Positions 48,223-58,349 of a DNA stretch of 64,000 bases are shown piece by piece (the first letter of the stretch is position 1; each line of letters opens with the position of its first letter). The notes beneath the pieces were generated by a model that searched no databases, was not told the DNA's origin, and saw only the letters and a program-made list of their open reading frames with translations. This stretch comes from a virus, in IMG/VR virus record IMGVR_UViG_3300029258_003681. One strand, given 5' to 3'. A program made the position numbers and the translations under genes.

Positions 48223-50829
48223 ATGACGGTTGAAAATTTTTCTATAAGCAACGAAAAAGTAAAACTCAGATACAAAGAGCGCTACCTTACAGAGGGGTCG
48301 AACGAGAAGTCTCTTGCGCTTGCTCGCGGGTGTTATCGTGGGTTTTTGCCACGAAAATCTGCGGTGGCCGACATGCAGATCTGGCTGGCCGTGGATCCAT
48401 TGTCTCTTGGGTTTGATGAGGATTCATTCGCTATCTATTCTGAGCGCAATGACGGCGCTCCGAATTATGATGGTTGGAGCGTATCCATCCGCGAGGTGGC
48501 TGATGTCGCGTTGAATCTCTCGGGGTCTGCCCTGGATCCTATTCCTCTTGGTGTGACTTATCTTTATGTATATACAGTGGCCAATTATGTCCCTGGTTCC
48601 GTGACAACGGCCACATATGATGTGGCAGATGAAGATCCGTCCAATATTGCATCGTCGAACTACAATCCTGATGCGATTTTAATCGGGCGTATACCTGTTA
48701 CTCCTGGTGCGGTTGTTATTGATTTCGATATTACCAATCCTGTTGTATATGCGGATGTGGTTGCCGCTAGGAAGTTGCCGACGCCGACGCCTGTCAATGA
48801 CGCTTCAACATTGACACCTGGCGACGATCTCTGGGGATATATTGATAGTGTCAGCTTGTGGGCTGTTCCAACGGTTGATCAGAAAGACGCGCTGGATGGT
48901 GCTAGTTCTCCAAATGCGGCGAATCCCTTTGCTACTATGGACGATGTTGCGAGGAAGTATTTTGCGGAGCCAGCGATGCAGAATACTACTATTTTCAACA
49001 TTACTCCTGGTCAGAAGGTTCCCCTGTCGGGACGTTGGTATATTGGGGATGGAGGCATTGGTGATGCTGCTCGCTACTTTAATCTGACGGACAACGACTC
49101 CAATGGAACGGCTGCTTTCGGGGACGGTGGCGTTGTTTATGTGGGTATAGTTTACAATACTGCTGGTACGTCAATTCTCAATCCGTCTGTTGATGCGGAT
49201 GCCCAGGGTTTTTATAATAATCCGCAGATATATATTGTGAGCGAATCTTCTGTTGCGGCATCTTCCAGTATCAGTATTAATGTATACGGATACAAGCGGG
49301 CGCAGCTAACTACGATAGATCAGACGCCTGTCCAGGCGCTTCCTACAACGCGCGTGACTCATACCCAGATGGTTCGTCCTCCAGAATTTTCGAATCCTCC
49401 AGCGTGGTTTCAGACTAACAATCCTGATTACGGCAATCTCACCCGAGGGCTGGAACTCTTGCATAAGCGCAACAGGGGGCCAGCGCATCCATTGTGGACG
49501 GACTCGAAAGTTTCGGGGCGTCTGATTGATAGCGATGATGTTCCAGACGGATGCATGACTAATGAAGGGTATTATCCTGTTGGTTTTGGTTCTTTTCGCC
49601 ATGTAACTTCTGCCCGAGATGATGAGGGCAATGTAATAGTATACATGGCTGAGGCTCTTGGGGGATCTTATAGTGCGTGCTATAACATTGTTGAGTTTTT
49701 CGACCAAACCAAGACTGCTGTCGTTTACGATATAGCGACTATATTACCGGCTGCAAGTGTGGGATGGTGGTACATTACTGGAATGTGTTGCGATAACAAT
49801 CGCCTCTATATTCGTGTGCGCGATACAGATTTTATTGGAACGGCAGATCATTATGTGTTTTGTTTCAATATCGGATCTGCTGGTGGTTTGACGCTTAATT
49901 CGAGTTGGCCTGCTGCGGGGCTTTACATTGATACATATGCTGGCCCTCCCAATGTTACTCACCCTGATTCTGATGATATAATTCTTGCAGCTCCAGGCAA
50001 GTTGGCCACGGTCAACGGCGACAATGATCTCCAGGCGGCAGCTCCAAGCACAGCGGGCGTTGTGATTATCGATGCGAGTAATGGTACGATTTTGACTCAG
50101 GGGTGCGGGGATATTGGATCGCTTGGTCTTGGGACGCCTGTTTATGCCTGCGGTCCATTGGTATCGACTGGGGAAGATTCAGTTCCGTATTCTGTTTATT
50201 ACGGACTGTATTCGTCAGTTGCCGGTGAGTTTGTCGGTGTTCACGGCGTTAAGATCTCAGATGCGACTACATCTTGGAAGACCAGTTGGTGGGCACCTGT
50301 AAATACGCCGTCCAATCTTGCGTCTGCACACGTTGCGTCGATGGTATGGGACGGTATGTATTTGAACATAGTTATGACAGATTTTGTTGTGCCAGGTGCG
50401 CTTGCTCGAACATGGGTCCAGATGCCCAGTGTCAGACAAAATGGACCAGTCCTCACCGATATATATGCAATCGATACGAGTGCCAATCTTGATATGATGC
50501 TGGGACCAGCTGGCTATGATGGGAAGAATAGTTGGATTGTTTACTGGGATGACGACACTGCCGAAGTCAAATTGCATAAATTGTCTCATCAGCGAATCAA
50601 TGCTGAGATGAGTGGACTCGGTGGGTCGTGGATACAGCCGTATTCGGAGTTGAAAAAGGACCAGGCTTCTTGGATGTGGCCCTATTCTTATTCTGCGGGG
50701 GATGTTCTTTTTTGGTGGCAGAATAGAGCACACTTTGATGGGATGAATCTTTGGTACGCACCAGAATGGGAGCCAGGCGAACTGTGGGCTGGCGTCCTTT
50801 TTAAATTGTCGCTGTTAAAATCGAGGTAG
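48223..50829 (+). CDS. Tail fibre / receptor-binding protein, putative
   Basis: DALDGASSPNAANPFATMDD linker; aromatic beta-rich C-terminal domain. Confidence 0.65.
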   Translation: MTVENFSISNEKVKLRYKERYLTEGSNEKSLALARGCYRGFLPRKSAVADMQIWLAVDPLSLGFDEDSFAIYSERNDGAPNYDGWSVSIREVADVALNLSGSALDPIPLGVTYLYVYTVANYVPGSVTTATYDVADEDPSNIASSNYNPDAILIGRIPVTPGAVVIDFDITNPVVYADVVAARKLPTPTPVNDASTLTPGDDLWGYIDSVSLWAVPTVDQKDALDGASSPNAANPFATMDDVARKYFAEPAMQNTTIFNITPGQKVPLSGRWYIGDGGIGDAARYFNLTDNDSNGTAAFGDGGVVYVGIVYNTAGTSILNPSVDADAQGFYNNPQIYIVSESSVAASSSISINVYGYKRAQLTTIDQTPVQALPTTRVTHTQMVRPPEFSNPPAWFQTNNPDYGNLTRGLELLHKRNRGPAHPLWTDSKVSGRLIDSDDVPDGCMTNEGYYPVGFGSFRHVTSARDDEGNVIVYMAEALGGSYSACYNIVEFFDQTKTAVVYDIATILPAASVGWWYITGMCCDNNRLYIRVRDTDFIGTADHYVFCFNIGSAGGLTLNSSWPAAGLYIDTYAGPPNVTHPDSDDIILAAPGKLATVNGDNDLQAAAPSTAGVVIIDASNGTILTQGCGDIGSLGLGTPVYACGPLVSTGEDSVPYSVYYGLYSSVAGEFVGVHGVKISDATTSWKTSWWAPVNTPSNLASAHVASMVWDGMYLNIVMTDFVVPGALARTWVQMPSVRQNGPVLTDIYAIDTSANLDMMLGPAGYDGKNSWIVYWDDDTAEVKLHKLSHQRINAEMSGLGGSWIQPYSELKKDQASWMWPYSYSAGDVLFWWQNRAHFDGMNLWYAPEWEPGELWAGVLFKLSLLKSR

Positions 50830-50832
50830 GAA

Positions 50833-51354
50833 ATGCCGATAAAAAAGAAAAAGAAAAAGGAAAAGAGTCCGCAGGATGAATCGGTGGAGATCTTCCGTGT
50901 TCTTGGTGTGTTGCACGATGAGCTAGCTCCTTTCCTTGGCGTTCGTCGTATGCATAAGGAACGAATGAAGAAGCTGGTCGGCCGCGTCAATGATCGGCTT
51001 GCTCTGTTGGCTGATTTCAAGACGCGTAAGGGGGCTGCGTTTGCAGAGAGCAATCCTGATGATAGTGCCGAACTCGATGTTGCTGTGGAGTCTTTGACCG
51101 CTTTAAAAGATGGTCTGGAGCCGCTTTCGGCTGGACTGGAAGATGGCAGTGAGGAAGTGGGCAAGATTGTTCCAATGCCAGCAGCAGAGGAGATCGAGAT
51201 TCCCGATGACAAGAAGGAAGCTTTTGCGAATGCCAAGTCATATCGCAAAGCAAGAAGGTTGACTGCGGAAGATTGGATGGCCCACCAGGAGAATCAAAAA
51301 ATTGATGCTTTTACCGAAAAAGTGCTCGCTGTAGTGGCAAGTGAGGTAGAATAG
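50833..51354 (+). CDS. Hypothetical protein
   Basis: RBS; charged helical sequence. Confidence 0.6.
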   Translation: MPIKKKKKKEKSPQDESVEIFRVLGVLHDELAPFLGVRRMHKERMKKLVGRVNDRLALLADFKTRKGAAFAESNPDDSAELDVAVESLTALKDGLEPLSAGLEDGSEEVGKIVPMPAAEEIEIPDDKKEAFANAKSYRKARRLTAEDWMAHQENQKIDAFTEKVLAVVASEVE

Positions 51355-51358
51355 ATCC

Positions 51359-52141
51359 ATGGCTTTTGGAGTTATAGGTGCCGTAGTTGAAGCTATGATG
51401 TTTGGCCCCGAGGGGATGGACTATAAGGCTATTTCGATTGCGGGTGTGAATCCTGTTGATCAGTCTATAATGTTGCCCGAAAGAACCTTCCAATTTTGGC
51501 CCGAGTCGATCCAGGATACGATTGATATTGGTTGGAACTTCAAAGATATTCCAGGCATGTCGCATGCGCTCGCGCAATGGGCAAGTAACGGCGGTCGGAC
51601 GATTACATTTGAAGTTCATTTTCACAGGTTTATGAAGCCTGTAGCTTCGGTGGACCAGAACATTTTTGAGCGTGTTCTTGATCCGTTCAAGCTCAATACT
51701 CCTAGCTCGGAATATTTGAAAGATAATCGTCCTCACAACGTAGACATCGCGGCAGAGATCAAGTATCTGCGCGCGTTTTGCTATCCGAGCTACAAGGATG
51801 TTGAGGGGTATCGGACGTCGTTTCCTCCGCCTATTGGCATGCTGGCGGTCCCAGGAATGCGCTTGAGCGACAGTGATAATAGTGATGTAATTTATGTGAT
51901 CATGACTGGGTGTGATGTCACATATATGCTTGCATTTCCTGATGGTACTCCTCGGCGTGCTTCGGTGTCGCTGACTTTTCGTCAGGTGGTGCAGGATCCT
52001 GTGAACAAGGTGATTGTTCCTGCTGGTTTTGATCAAAACTCTCCGTTCGAGTTCGACGGGAGCGTTTGGGATACGATAGAGTCTGATCCGCCAGCGCGAG
52101 GGGGCAATCGGCCCAAGAATGGACTAGACGGATGGGGATGA
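51359..52141 (+). CDS. Tube initiator / CIS-tube-like protein
   Basis: FQFWPESIQD, IPGMSH...QW..NGGRTITF, FPDGTPRRASVSLTFRQ. Confidence 0.75.
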   Translation: MAFGVIGAVVEAMMFGPEGMDYKAISIAGVNPVDQSIMLPERTFQFWPESIQDTIDIGWNFKDIPGMSHALAQWASNGGRTITFEVHFHRFMKPVASVDQNIFERVLDPFKLNTPSSEYLKDNRPHNVDIAAEIKYLRAFCYPSYKDVEGYRTSFPPPIGMLAVPGMRLSDSDNSDVIYVIMTGCDVTYMLAFPDGTPRRASVSLTFRQVVQDPVNKVIVPAGFDQNSPFEFDGSVWDTIESDPPARGGNRPKNGLDGWG

Positions 52142-52446
52142 AAGCAGAAGATGGTCGCGTAGTTGAGCGCAAGGAAACGAAGTCTCGTGAGCCCAAGCCA
52201 GGAGATGACTGGAGGGATCGTGAGGGTGTGGATTTCCCCAAGCGTGAGATGCGCTCGTTGGCAGGCGGGGATGAGGATGAGCCGAATCCCGATGAGTTGA
52301 TTATGGTGATGATGCCGAGGGAGACATGGGACGCATTTCTGGGGTTGGCTGCAAAGCATGGTGGTTCTGCGGCTCAGGCGATAAGCACGGCCTTGAAATT
52401 GCTGGAGAAAGCCCTCGAAGAAGCGGAGAATGCTGATGGCTCTTGA
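52132..52446 (+). CDS. Hypothetical protein, possible RHH-like C-terminus
   Basis: MVMMPRETWDAFLGLAAKHGGSAAQAISTAL. Confidence 0.5.
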   Translation: MGMKAEDGRVVERKETKSREPKPGDDWRDREGVDFPKREMRSLAGGDEDEPNPDELIMVMMPRETWDAFLGLAAKHGGSAAQAISTALKLLEKALEEAENADGS

Positions 52447-52657
52447 TGCTGGAGATGCTGTGGAAGGAACGGGGCTTGCTGGTGCGATTGCTGCGGCTCG
52501 CAAGGAAGCCTATGGAAAGAAGTACTCGGTGAAGGATGATGCAGCGGGGATCAATCTGGAGGCTGCTGCGATCATCGACTATCTCGTGGCGAATACTGAG
52601 GTGCTTGTGATCGATGTGGAAGCTGGAGAAAGTGTAGCATCTGGTACAATTTCATAA
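52430..52657 (+). CDS. Small hypothetical protein
   Basis: Tight gene packing. Confidence 0.55.
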   Translation: MLMALDAGDAVEGTGLAGAIAAARKEAYGKKYSVKDDAAGINLEAAAIIDYLVANTEVLVIDVEAGESVASGTIS

Positions 52658-52659
52658 CC

Positions 52660-52675
52660 GCGAACTCCAGTTCGC
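52660..52675. repeat. Dispersed palindrome GCGAACTCCAGTTCGC
   Basis: Extends to CCGCG...CGCGG; intergenic. Confidence 0.85.
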
Positions 52676-52693
52676 GGAGAGAGGTAGAGACTG

Positions 52694-53122
52694 ATGCATT
52701 TCCGCGAAAAGTTAATGTTTGTTATTTTTACTTTTATCATCTTTTGCTGTACTCCAGCGGTGCGGGATCCCAAGGTTTATAGGGCCGAGATTGATTTCAT
52801 GGAGGCTGCTGCTACGGAGCAAGTCGAGCGTGGGATTACTCTTATCGGCGAGTATTGCACATGCGAATCGGTGGGAGGTGTTCGGGGTTTTGTGGCCGCG
52901 TCCTGTCAGGATCTCGCCGAGACGATCCTCGTTGTTCAGTATCGGATGAAGTATCACACGGAGTTTATGCGATATTTGGGAGGAGTGAGCACACGGAGAC
53001 CGCCCAAGGATCCACCAGAGGTTCCTGATACGAATACGCTCTGTCCTGATGCTCCAGTTGAGGTGCCCGTGCGGGATCCGAAGGCGTTAGATGATTTGCC
53101 AGATGGAGGACTTGATGGGTGA
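52694..53122 (+). CDS. Putative lipoprotein/secreted protein
   Basis: Basic N-terminus, hydrophobic stretch, then Cys (FIIFCCTP). Confidence 0.5.
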   Translation: MHFREKLMFVIFTFIIFCCTPAVRDPKVYRAEIDFMEAAATEQVERGITLIGEYCTCESVGGVRGFVAASCQDLAETILVVQYRMKYHTEFMRYLGGVSTRRPPKDPPEVPDTNTLCPDAPVEVPVRDPKALDDLPDGGLDG

Positions 53123-53729
53123 GCGAACGAGTATTGCAGCAAAGGCGGCATCGCTGAAGAAGGCGGGCTTTTCTCCAGCGATCACGATTGTCATCATCGT
53201 TCTCAGCATGCCTGGCTTCTGGGGGTTGTTCGATGACACGGATGACAAGGCTTTGAACGCTATTGAGATGGCGTATCCCGTGTTGGCGAACGAGGTGGAG
53301 CATATCAAAAAGCAGGCAGATCGACAGCGCGAAGCTGATCAGAAACTGTATGATGAGATTCGTGCGTTGCGACAGAGAATTGATATGATGATGATGGGTG
53401 CCGTTGGGTTTTCTGGTGATTTTGCTTTGGAGGGTGCGCCGAGTGCTCCTCCTTCGGTGGCGTTGACGCCTCCTCCTGTGTTGTTTCCGACGGCGCTGGA
53501 CGGTGACGCAGATGGTGACGGCGATGAAGATGAGGTGCCAGTAAGCGAGGATCTTCCTGCTGTCGGGACGCCATCGTCGCTGAAATCTGTGACATCCATT
53601 TCCACGACAAGCAAGGAGCCGAAGACGCTCGATGGATTGATTCAGCAGCAGAAGGTAATTCCAAGGCGAAAACCGCTGCCTCTTTTGAAGGATTTGTTGG
53701 GTAGTTCGGGCGGGAAGGATTCCAAATGA
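53115..53729 (+). CDS. Membrane-anchored coiled-coil protein
   Basis: N-terminal TM AITIVIIVLSMPGFWGL, then coiled coil and Pro/acidic tail. Confidence 0.6.
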   Translation: MGERTSIAAKAASLKKAGFSPAITIVIIVLSMPGFWGLFDDTDDKALNAIEMAYPVLANEVEHIKKQADRQREADQKLYDEIRALRQRIDMMMMGAVGFSGDFALEGAPSAPPSVALTPPPVLFPTALDGDADGDGDEDEVPVSEDLPAVGTPSSLKSVTSISTTSKEPKTLDGLIQQQKVIPRRKPLPLLKDLLGSSGGKDSK

Positions 53730-54106
53730 AGTGGGATGAATTACTGAAAAATATGGTGAAGAGTGCTGGTGTCGTGGGTATGAAGAAGGCGGAGCAGGCC
53801 ATGAACCGTCTCCAAGGTGAGATGGATGAGCCATGGAAGCGTGCGATCATGGACATGGTTGGGGACGCGGTTGAGAAATACGGCTGGGAGGGCGTGGAGC
53901 GTGTCCAGGAGGTGGTTGATCAAGTGGCGGCTGGCAAGGCTCCTGATCTGTCTTTCGCCTCCCTGAAGGCCCGCAGTGACGTTCTGGCGTTTATGCAAAA
54001 TGCAGAGGCTGACGAAAAATCCAAGGCTAGGGACTTCTTCTCGGTTGTGGGACAGGCTTTGGGTGTGGTATTAAAAGTAGTGATCCGTGGATTGATAAAG
54101 GGATAG
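53726..54106 (+). CDS. Hypothetical helical protein
   Basis: ATGA overlap. Confidence 0.6.
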   Translation: MKWDELLKNMVKSAGVVGMKKAEQAMNRLQGEMDEPWKRAIMDMVGDAVEKYGWEGVERVQEVVDQVAAGKAPDLSFASLKARSDVLAFMQNAEADEKSKARDFFSVVGQALGVVLKVVIRGLIKG

Positions 54107-54109
54107 CAG

Positions 54110-54703
54110 ATGAGGAAACTGATTGAACGTCTGTCATTGATTGCCGAGGACTATTATGCGGCAAAATCGGGGAGGATTTCCGATTATATTGATGGGTGGC
54201 AGGTCAGGGGTGACAAAGCATACGAAGATTCTATGCCTATCATGATTGATGTTTCTCAGCTGTGGCCATATCGAGAGTATACATGGACGCGAGAGACTGC
54301 CCGTTCTGGGTATGCGCGAGTTGGTGGTAAAAAGTCTGATCTTCCTGGGGAATTGAAATGGGATGCTATGAAGTCCGACCTGAAGAAGAATGGTTGGGAT
54401 CGGACGGAGCCGTTGTACTTTGAGATCGGTCGTTCTCGGGGGGCAAAGGTTGGTGAAGGAAATCACAGGCTTGCTCTGGCTAAGGAGATTGGAATTCGGA
54501 AGGTTCCTGTGGTTTTTTTGTTTAAGGTTGGCAGTGTCACGAAGAGCAAGAAGCGCGACTCAAAAGTTGATATTTCGAAGGCTGCCGTTCGGGATGTTGT
54601 CAAGAGAGATGCCAAGAAGCCAGTTGCCAAGCAGGAGTATAAGCGTGGTGAGGATCCTGGAATGGATGACATCCTTGATCTTCTGCTGGGGAAGGGTGCG
54701 TAA
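54110..54703 (+). CDS. Leader-family protein (MRKLIER...IAED) with ParB/sulfiredoxin-like domain
   Basis: LKSDLKKNGW..EPL, VGEGNHRLALAKEIGIRKVPV. Confidence 0.75.
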   Translation: MRKLIERLSLIAEDYYAAKSGRISDYIDGWQVRGDKAYEDSMPIMIDVSQLWPYREYTWTRETARSGYARVGGKKSDLPGELKWDAMKSDLKKNGWDRTEPLYFEIGRSRGAKVGEGNHRLALAKEIGIRKVPVVFLFKVGSVTKSKKRDSKVDISKAAVRDVVKRDAKKPVAKQEYKRGEDPGMDDILDLLLGKGA

Positions 54704-55194
54704 TGCCAAAGTGGGTATCAGGTCCTGACGGGGAGAAAGCCTGGAAGAAGGCGAAGGGGATTGTTGGCAAGGAGTACGGCGCTGGGCTTGAGAAGAGCAA
54801 TCCCGATAAGTTCTATTCCTTGGTGACTACCATTTACAAGAATGTCTGCAAGAGCCCCGATTATGATTGCGGGATCGGTGAGGGGATTCAGCGTGGAGTT
54901 GGTAGGCTGCGAGGGCTGACGGAGCAGTTGGCTGTTTTTTGCGAGGCGATTTCTAGCAAGAAGATCCGCGAGGCCGAGCAGATGAAAGGCTGGCACGAGC
55001 AGGACGCGAAGTACCTACGCAGGGAAGCCAGCAAGCAAAAGGGAACGCAGGCCAAACAGACGATCAAGGCGGCCGATATGCATGATGCGGCGGCTGAGGC
55101 TTTTCGTGTAGTTTTGAATAGCAAGTCGGCCAAGGATTTGAAACGGGCGAAAGAGGCGCGGAAGGCAGCGCTATTGTTTGCGAGGAATCGATGA
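54703..55194 (+). CDS. Hypothetical protein
   Basis: W.KAK....K.Y N-terminal domain, then internal LTEQL..FCEA propeptide-like segment. Confidence 0.6.
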   Translation: MPKWVSGPDGEKAWKKAKGIVGKEYGAGLEKSNPDKFYSLVTTIYKNVCKSPDYDCGIGEGIQRGVGRLRGLTEQLAVFCEAISSKKIREAEQMKGWHEQDAKYLRREASKQKGTQAKQTIKAADMHDAAAEAFRVVLNSKSAKDLKRAKEARKAALLFARNR

Positions 55195-55730
55195 CCATAT
55201 TGAGAGAATTGAGTGAACGGCTGGCGACTTTTGTCAATATTGGGAATCCGAAGGCGCGTGCGATAGCCGTATATGATCTGGCTACGAAGGTCAGGAATTT
55301 CGGTGGCGATCTGGCGATGCGGCTCGCGGACAAAAGTGATCCGTATGGTGAGATGGCATCGCGGCATCCAAAGGTGAAGAGCACGGGCAAGAAGATGATT
55401 TCGGCGATGGAGGCTTTTTCCAAGGCGGTGTTTGACACCGAGAAGTCGATCGACATCTCCCCGCGCGTGCGCGGGCGCTTGCGTGAGGAGCGCATCTTTG
55501 CGGCGATGATGCAGCTGGGGAGGTCGTTTGAAGAGATCAATGCGCTGACCGACGAGCAGATTGACGAGTTGATGGAGAAGTCGCAGCCGAAACTGAACAA
55601 GTACGATCCTGGTAGTTTGTTGGGGTGGACCGTCCATCTCCTCAGCAAGGAGGGGCTTGACGATGCGGCCGACGAGGTTCGAAAGGTTTCTCGCCATGTT
55701 TCGCAGGCTTGGCAGCAGAGAGAACGATAG
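55191..55730 (+). CDS. Hypothetical protein (divergent leader MTILRELSERL)
   Basis: ATGA overlap. Confidence 0.6.
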   Translation: MTILRELSERLATFVNIGNPKARAIAVYDLATKVRNFGGDLAMRLADKSDPYGEMASRHPKVKSTGKKMISAMEAFSKAVFDTEKSIDISPRVRGRLREERIFAAMMQLGRSFEEINALTDEQIDELMEKSQPKLNKYDPGSLLGWTVHLLSKEGLDDAADEVRKVSRHVSQAWQQRER

Positions 55731-55759
55731 TTGACAAACCGCCCCGTGGGGCGTAAGGT
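55731..55759 (+). promoter_or_regulatory. Sigma70-like promoter
   Basis: TTGACA-17 nt-TAAGGT. Confidence 0.55.
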
Positions 55760-55765
55760 GTGGAT

Positions 55766-56065
55766 ATGAAAGAGCTAATCGAAAAAAAGAAGGGTCGTCC
55801 TGTAAAAGGGGCTGGTAGTGCGCGTGGGACCAAGAAAGAAGTGCGTCAGGCTATCGAGATGCATACTCCTTTCAAGATTGATGGTGTGAGTGAACATGCG
55901 GGAACGTTGATGTATTCTGTGTCGATTCCGCGTAGCGTTCACAATAAGGCTAGGATTTATGTTCATCCTGATGGAGAGGCTTCGTTTAGTTCCGAAGTCG
56001 AGCTTCCTCGCCAAAAGGATATTCGTGATCTTGGAGCGCTCATGCGTATAGTTGGTATCAAGTAG
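55766..56065 (+). CDS. Leader-family protein (MKELIEK)
   Basis: Shared leader. Confidence 0.65.
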   Translation: MKELIEKKKGRPVKGAGSARGTKKEVRQAIEMHTPFKIDGVSEHAGTLMYSVSIPRSVHNKARIYVHPDGEASFSSEVELPRQKDIRDLGALMRIVGIK

Positions 56066-56075
56066 GAGAGCTTTC

Positions 56076-56351
56076 ATGAAAGAGCTGATTGAAAAGGCGA
56101 CTCGTGGAGAAAAGATTGACGACGAGGAGACGATCGCGAAGCGTGTAAAGGATGAGCTGAAGGCGGCCAAAGTTCGTCGTGTGAGTCGTGCCACTGATGA
56201 ATTGTATATCGATGCTGGGATTGATGAGGCATCAGTTTTTTTTGATCCCAAAACAAACAAAGCATCTGTTAGGATGGTAATCGTTCGGGAGGCGGATGCA
56301 GATGGGAAGGCGATTGCTGCCCTTCTGAAAAAACATGGAGTACCCTACTAA
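56076..56351 (+). CDS. Leader-family protein (MKELIEK)
   Basis: RBS GGAGAG; shared leader. Confidence 0.7.
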   Translation: MKELIEKATRGEKIDDEETIAKRVKDELKAAKVRRVSRATDELYIDAGIDEASVFFDPKTNKASVRMVIVREADADGKAIAALLKKHGVPY

Positions 56352-56743
56352 TGCGTGAACTCATTGAAAGAAAAATCCAGGAGGCCAAGACTGGCTGGTC
56401 CCCGAAGTTGGACGCCGAGGGATGGCAGCTTTATGAGCCCGAGACAAAAGCTGAGCGGACCAAAACTGCGAAGGCTGTCACGGCATTGAATAGTGCGATG
56501 GCGAAATTCAAGAAGGCTGTTCGCAAGAAGCTCTCGAAGATTGCGGAGTATGACACGAAGGTGGTGGGGCCGATCGCTGGCGAGTTGTTCGATGCTATTG
56601 TGGCGCCGGTCCATGCGAAATTCGATTCTGTTGGGGCTGACGATACGCCTTCTCGTGAGATCTCGACTCTCGCGGCCATTCAGATGGTGAAGGATATTTA
56701 CGGAAAGACTGGCTGGACTAAGCTCGGCGATCATATCGGTTGA
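56351..56743 (+). CDS. Leader-family protein (MRELIER..IQEA)
   Basis: TAATG overlap; shared leader. Confidence 0.7.
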   Translation: MRELIERKIQEAKTGWSPKLDAEGWQLYEPETKAERTKTAKAVTALNSAMAKFKKAVRKKLSKIAEYDTKVVGPIAGELFDAIVAPVHAKFDSVGADDTPSREISTLAAIQMVKDIYGKTGWTKLGDHIG

Positions 56744-56756
56744 GCGGGAGGTTGAG

Positions 56757-57356
56757 ATGAGAAGAGATTTTGTCGAAGAACTCGGTGCATTCATTGGCAT
56801 AGAACCGCTGATGGAAGGCGAGGAATACGACCAGGCAAAGACGATGCTCAACAAGGGTATCATGCCTGACGGTGAGAAATGGCCTCGTGGAAAGCCCAAG
56901 ATCTTCGTTGGTTTTGACGGTGATATTCTGATGAAGCGACTCAAGCGCTCTGACGATGGCTCCGTTGTTTCGTTCGATCTGGAACTGAAGCCTGGGAAGG
57001 GTGGGGGTGCTGGTGCGACGATTGAGGCGGCGGCATCGAACCACTACTTCAACCTGGCAGGAACGGATGCCAAGCATATCAAGGGTATGCGAGGTGCGTT
57101 TGAGGCGGCGGTGAAGTCTGACACGAAGGGCCTGGGTCGTGATCTCCACAAATGGTTCAAGGATCCTGATAATTGGGTCTGGCGCATTGTGGGGTGGGGT
57201 GATCGAAAGCAGTGGACGGTCAAGAAGCTGACCATTTCCTCGATAACAACCAGCGGGACGATGATTGATCCGACGCGGCGCAAATGGCCGAGTGGCAGGA
57301 CGGAGATCTGGGTGCCGCTCAAGGTCACGGTGCAGGCTCAGATGAGGAGGAAGTAA
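56757..57356 (+). CDS. Hypothetical protein (divergent leader ...PLMEG)
   Basis: RBS GGAGG. Confidence 0.65.
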   Translation: MRRDFVEELGAFIGIEPLMEGEEYDQAKTMLNKGIMPDGEKWPRGKPKIFVGFDGDILMKRLKRSDDGSVVSFDLELKPGKGGGAGATIEAAASNHYFNLAGTDAKHIKGMRGAFEAAVKSDTKGLGRDLHKWFKDPDNWVWRIVGWGDRKQWTVKKLTISSITTSGTMIDPTRRKWPSGRTEIWVPLKVTVQAQMRRK

Positions 57357-57358
57357 TC

Positions 57359-57886
57359 ATGGCGAAGGGTGAATTTGGCAAGGTCACTGTCGAGCGTGAA
57401 TATACAAAAAGGTCTCCGACCCTCTATACTCTCGTGGTCAAGGATGCGAAGGGAAAAGTGCTGAAGAAGTCCGATCGTCAGATGGACATTTCAGTGTGGC
57501 TCTCGAAGCACGGGTACAAGGGGATTCATCATTACCTCAAGAAGAACGAGGGAGAGGATGGCAATACGATGAAGGAAATTATCGAGAAAAAGCTGGAAGA
57601 GAAGCGAAAGGTCGGTCCCGACGACTATTCCAAGCCAGACCCCAAGGAGGCCAAGCGCCTCATAAAGTTCATGGATAAGATCGACGAGGTGGGGAGGTGG
57701 GCCGACGAGAAGTACAGCCGATTCAAGAAGAACAAAAATCTGTTTGACATGCCCGACGGTGACGGCGAGATGGTGGCGGATCTCTTCCAGAAGATTACGG
57801 ATACGACTGACGAATTGCTGACGACGCTGGAGTTCCAGAAGATGGTGCTCCAGGGTCGTGATCCGCAGACGGGGAGGAAGATGTAA
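57359..57886 (+). CDS. Hypothetical protein with internal in-frame leader MKEIIEK at 57569
   Basis: Start reassigned to ATG 57359. Confidence 0.6.
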   Translation: MAKGEFGKVTVEREYTKRSPTLYTLVVKDAKGKVLKKSDRQMDISVWLSKHGYKGIHHYLKKNEGEDGNTMKEIIEKKLEEKRKVGPDDYSKPDPKEAKRLIKFMDKIDEVGRWADEKYSRFKKNKNLFDMPDGDGEMVADLFQKITDTTDELLTTLEFQKMVLQGRDPQTGRKM

Positions 57887-58251
57887 TGACACTCTCGGTA
57901 TCAACACAAGTTGCTCCAGTCGGGACGAAGTTGGTCAAGGAGACGGATGCCAACGCAACGGCACAGACCTCTGTGACGGGTGCGGCTGGGACGATCTACA
58001 TGATCGATGTTGACAACACTGGGAATCCAGCTGATGTGGCCTATCTGAAGATCTACGATGATGCGGCTCCGACCGTGGGGACCACTGATCCCGACTTCAT
58101 CTTAAAGGTTCCTGTCAATCAGCGGCGCCAGATAGTCTGCCCTGACGGTCTCGATTTCGCGGACCTTTCGTTTGCGGTGGTTACGGCCCCTGGTACGCCA
58201 GGAACGACGGCGCCGACCAACCCCGTGATCGTGCAGATGGTCACGTCATAG
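57886..58251 (+). CDS. Probable virion structural protein
   Basis: Thr/Ala/Val/Pro-rich beta pattern; TAATG overlap. Confidence 0.6.
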   Translation: MTLSVSTQVAPVGTKLVKETDANATAQTSVTGAAGTIYMIDVDNTGNPADVAYLKIYDDAAPTVGTTDPDFILKVPVNQRRQIVCPDGLDFADLSFAVVTAPGTPGTTAPTNPVIVQMVTS

Positions 58252-58280
58252 AACGGCTACCGCTTCGTCGCGTCTCCTAG

Positions 58281-58308
58281 TTGACAAACGCACACAATGC
58301 TTTATAGT
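58281..58308 (+). promoter_or_regulatory. Sigma70-like promoter
   Basis: TTGACA-16 nt-TATAGT. Confidence 0.7.
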
Positions 58309-58349
58309 ACTCCTGATGGTCGGGGTGATCTCGGCAGAAGGAGGAGTTC

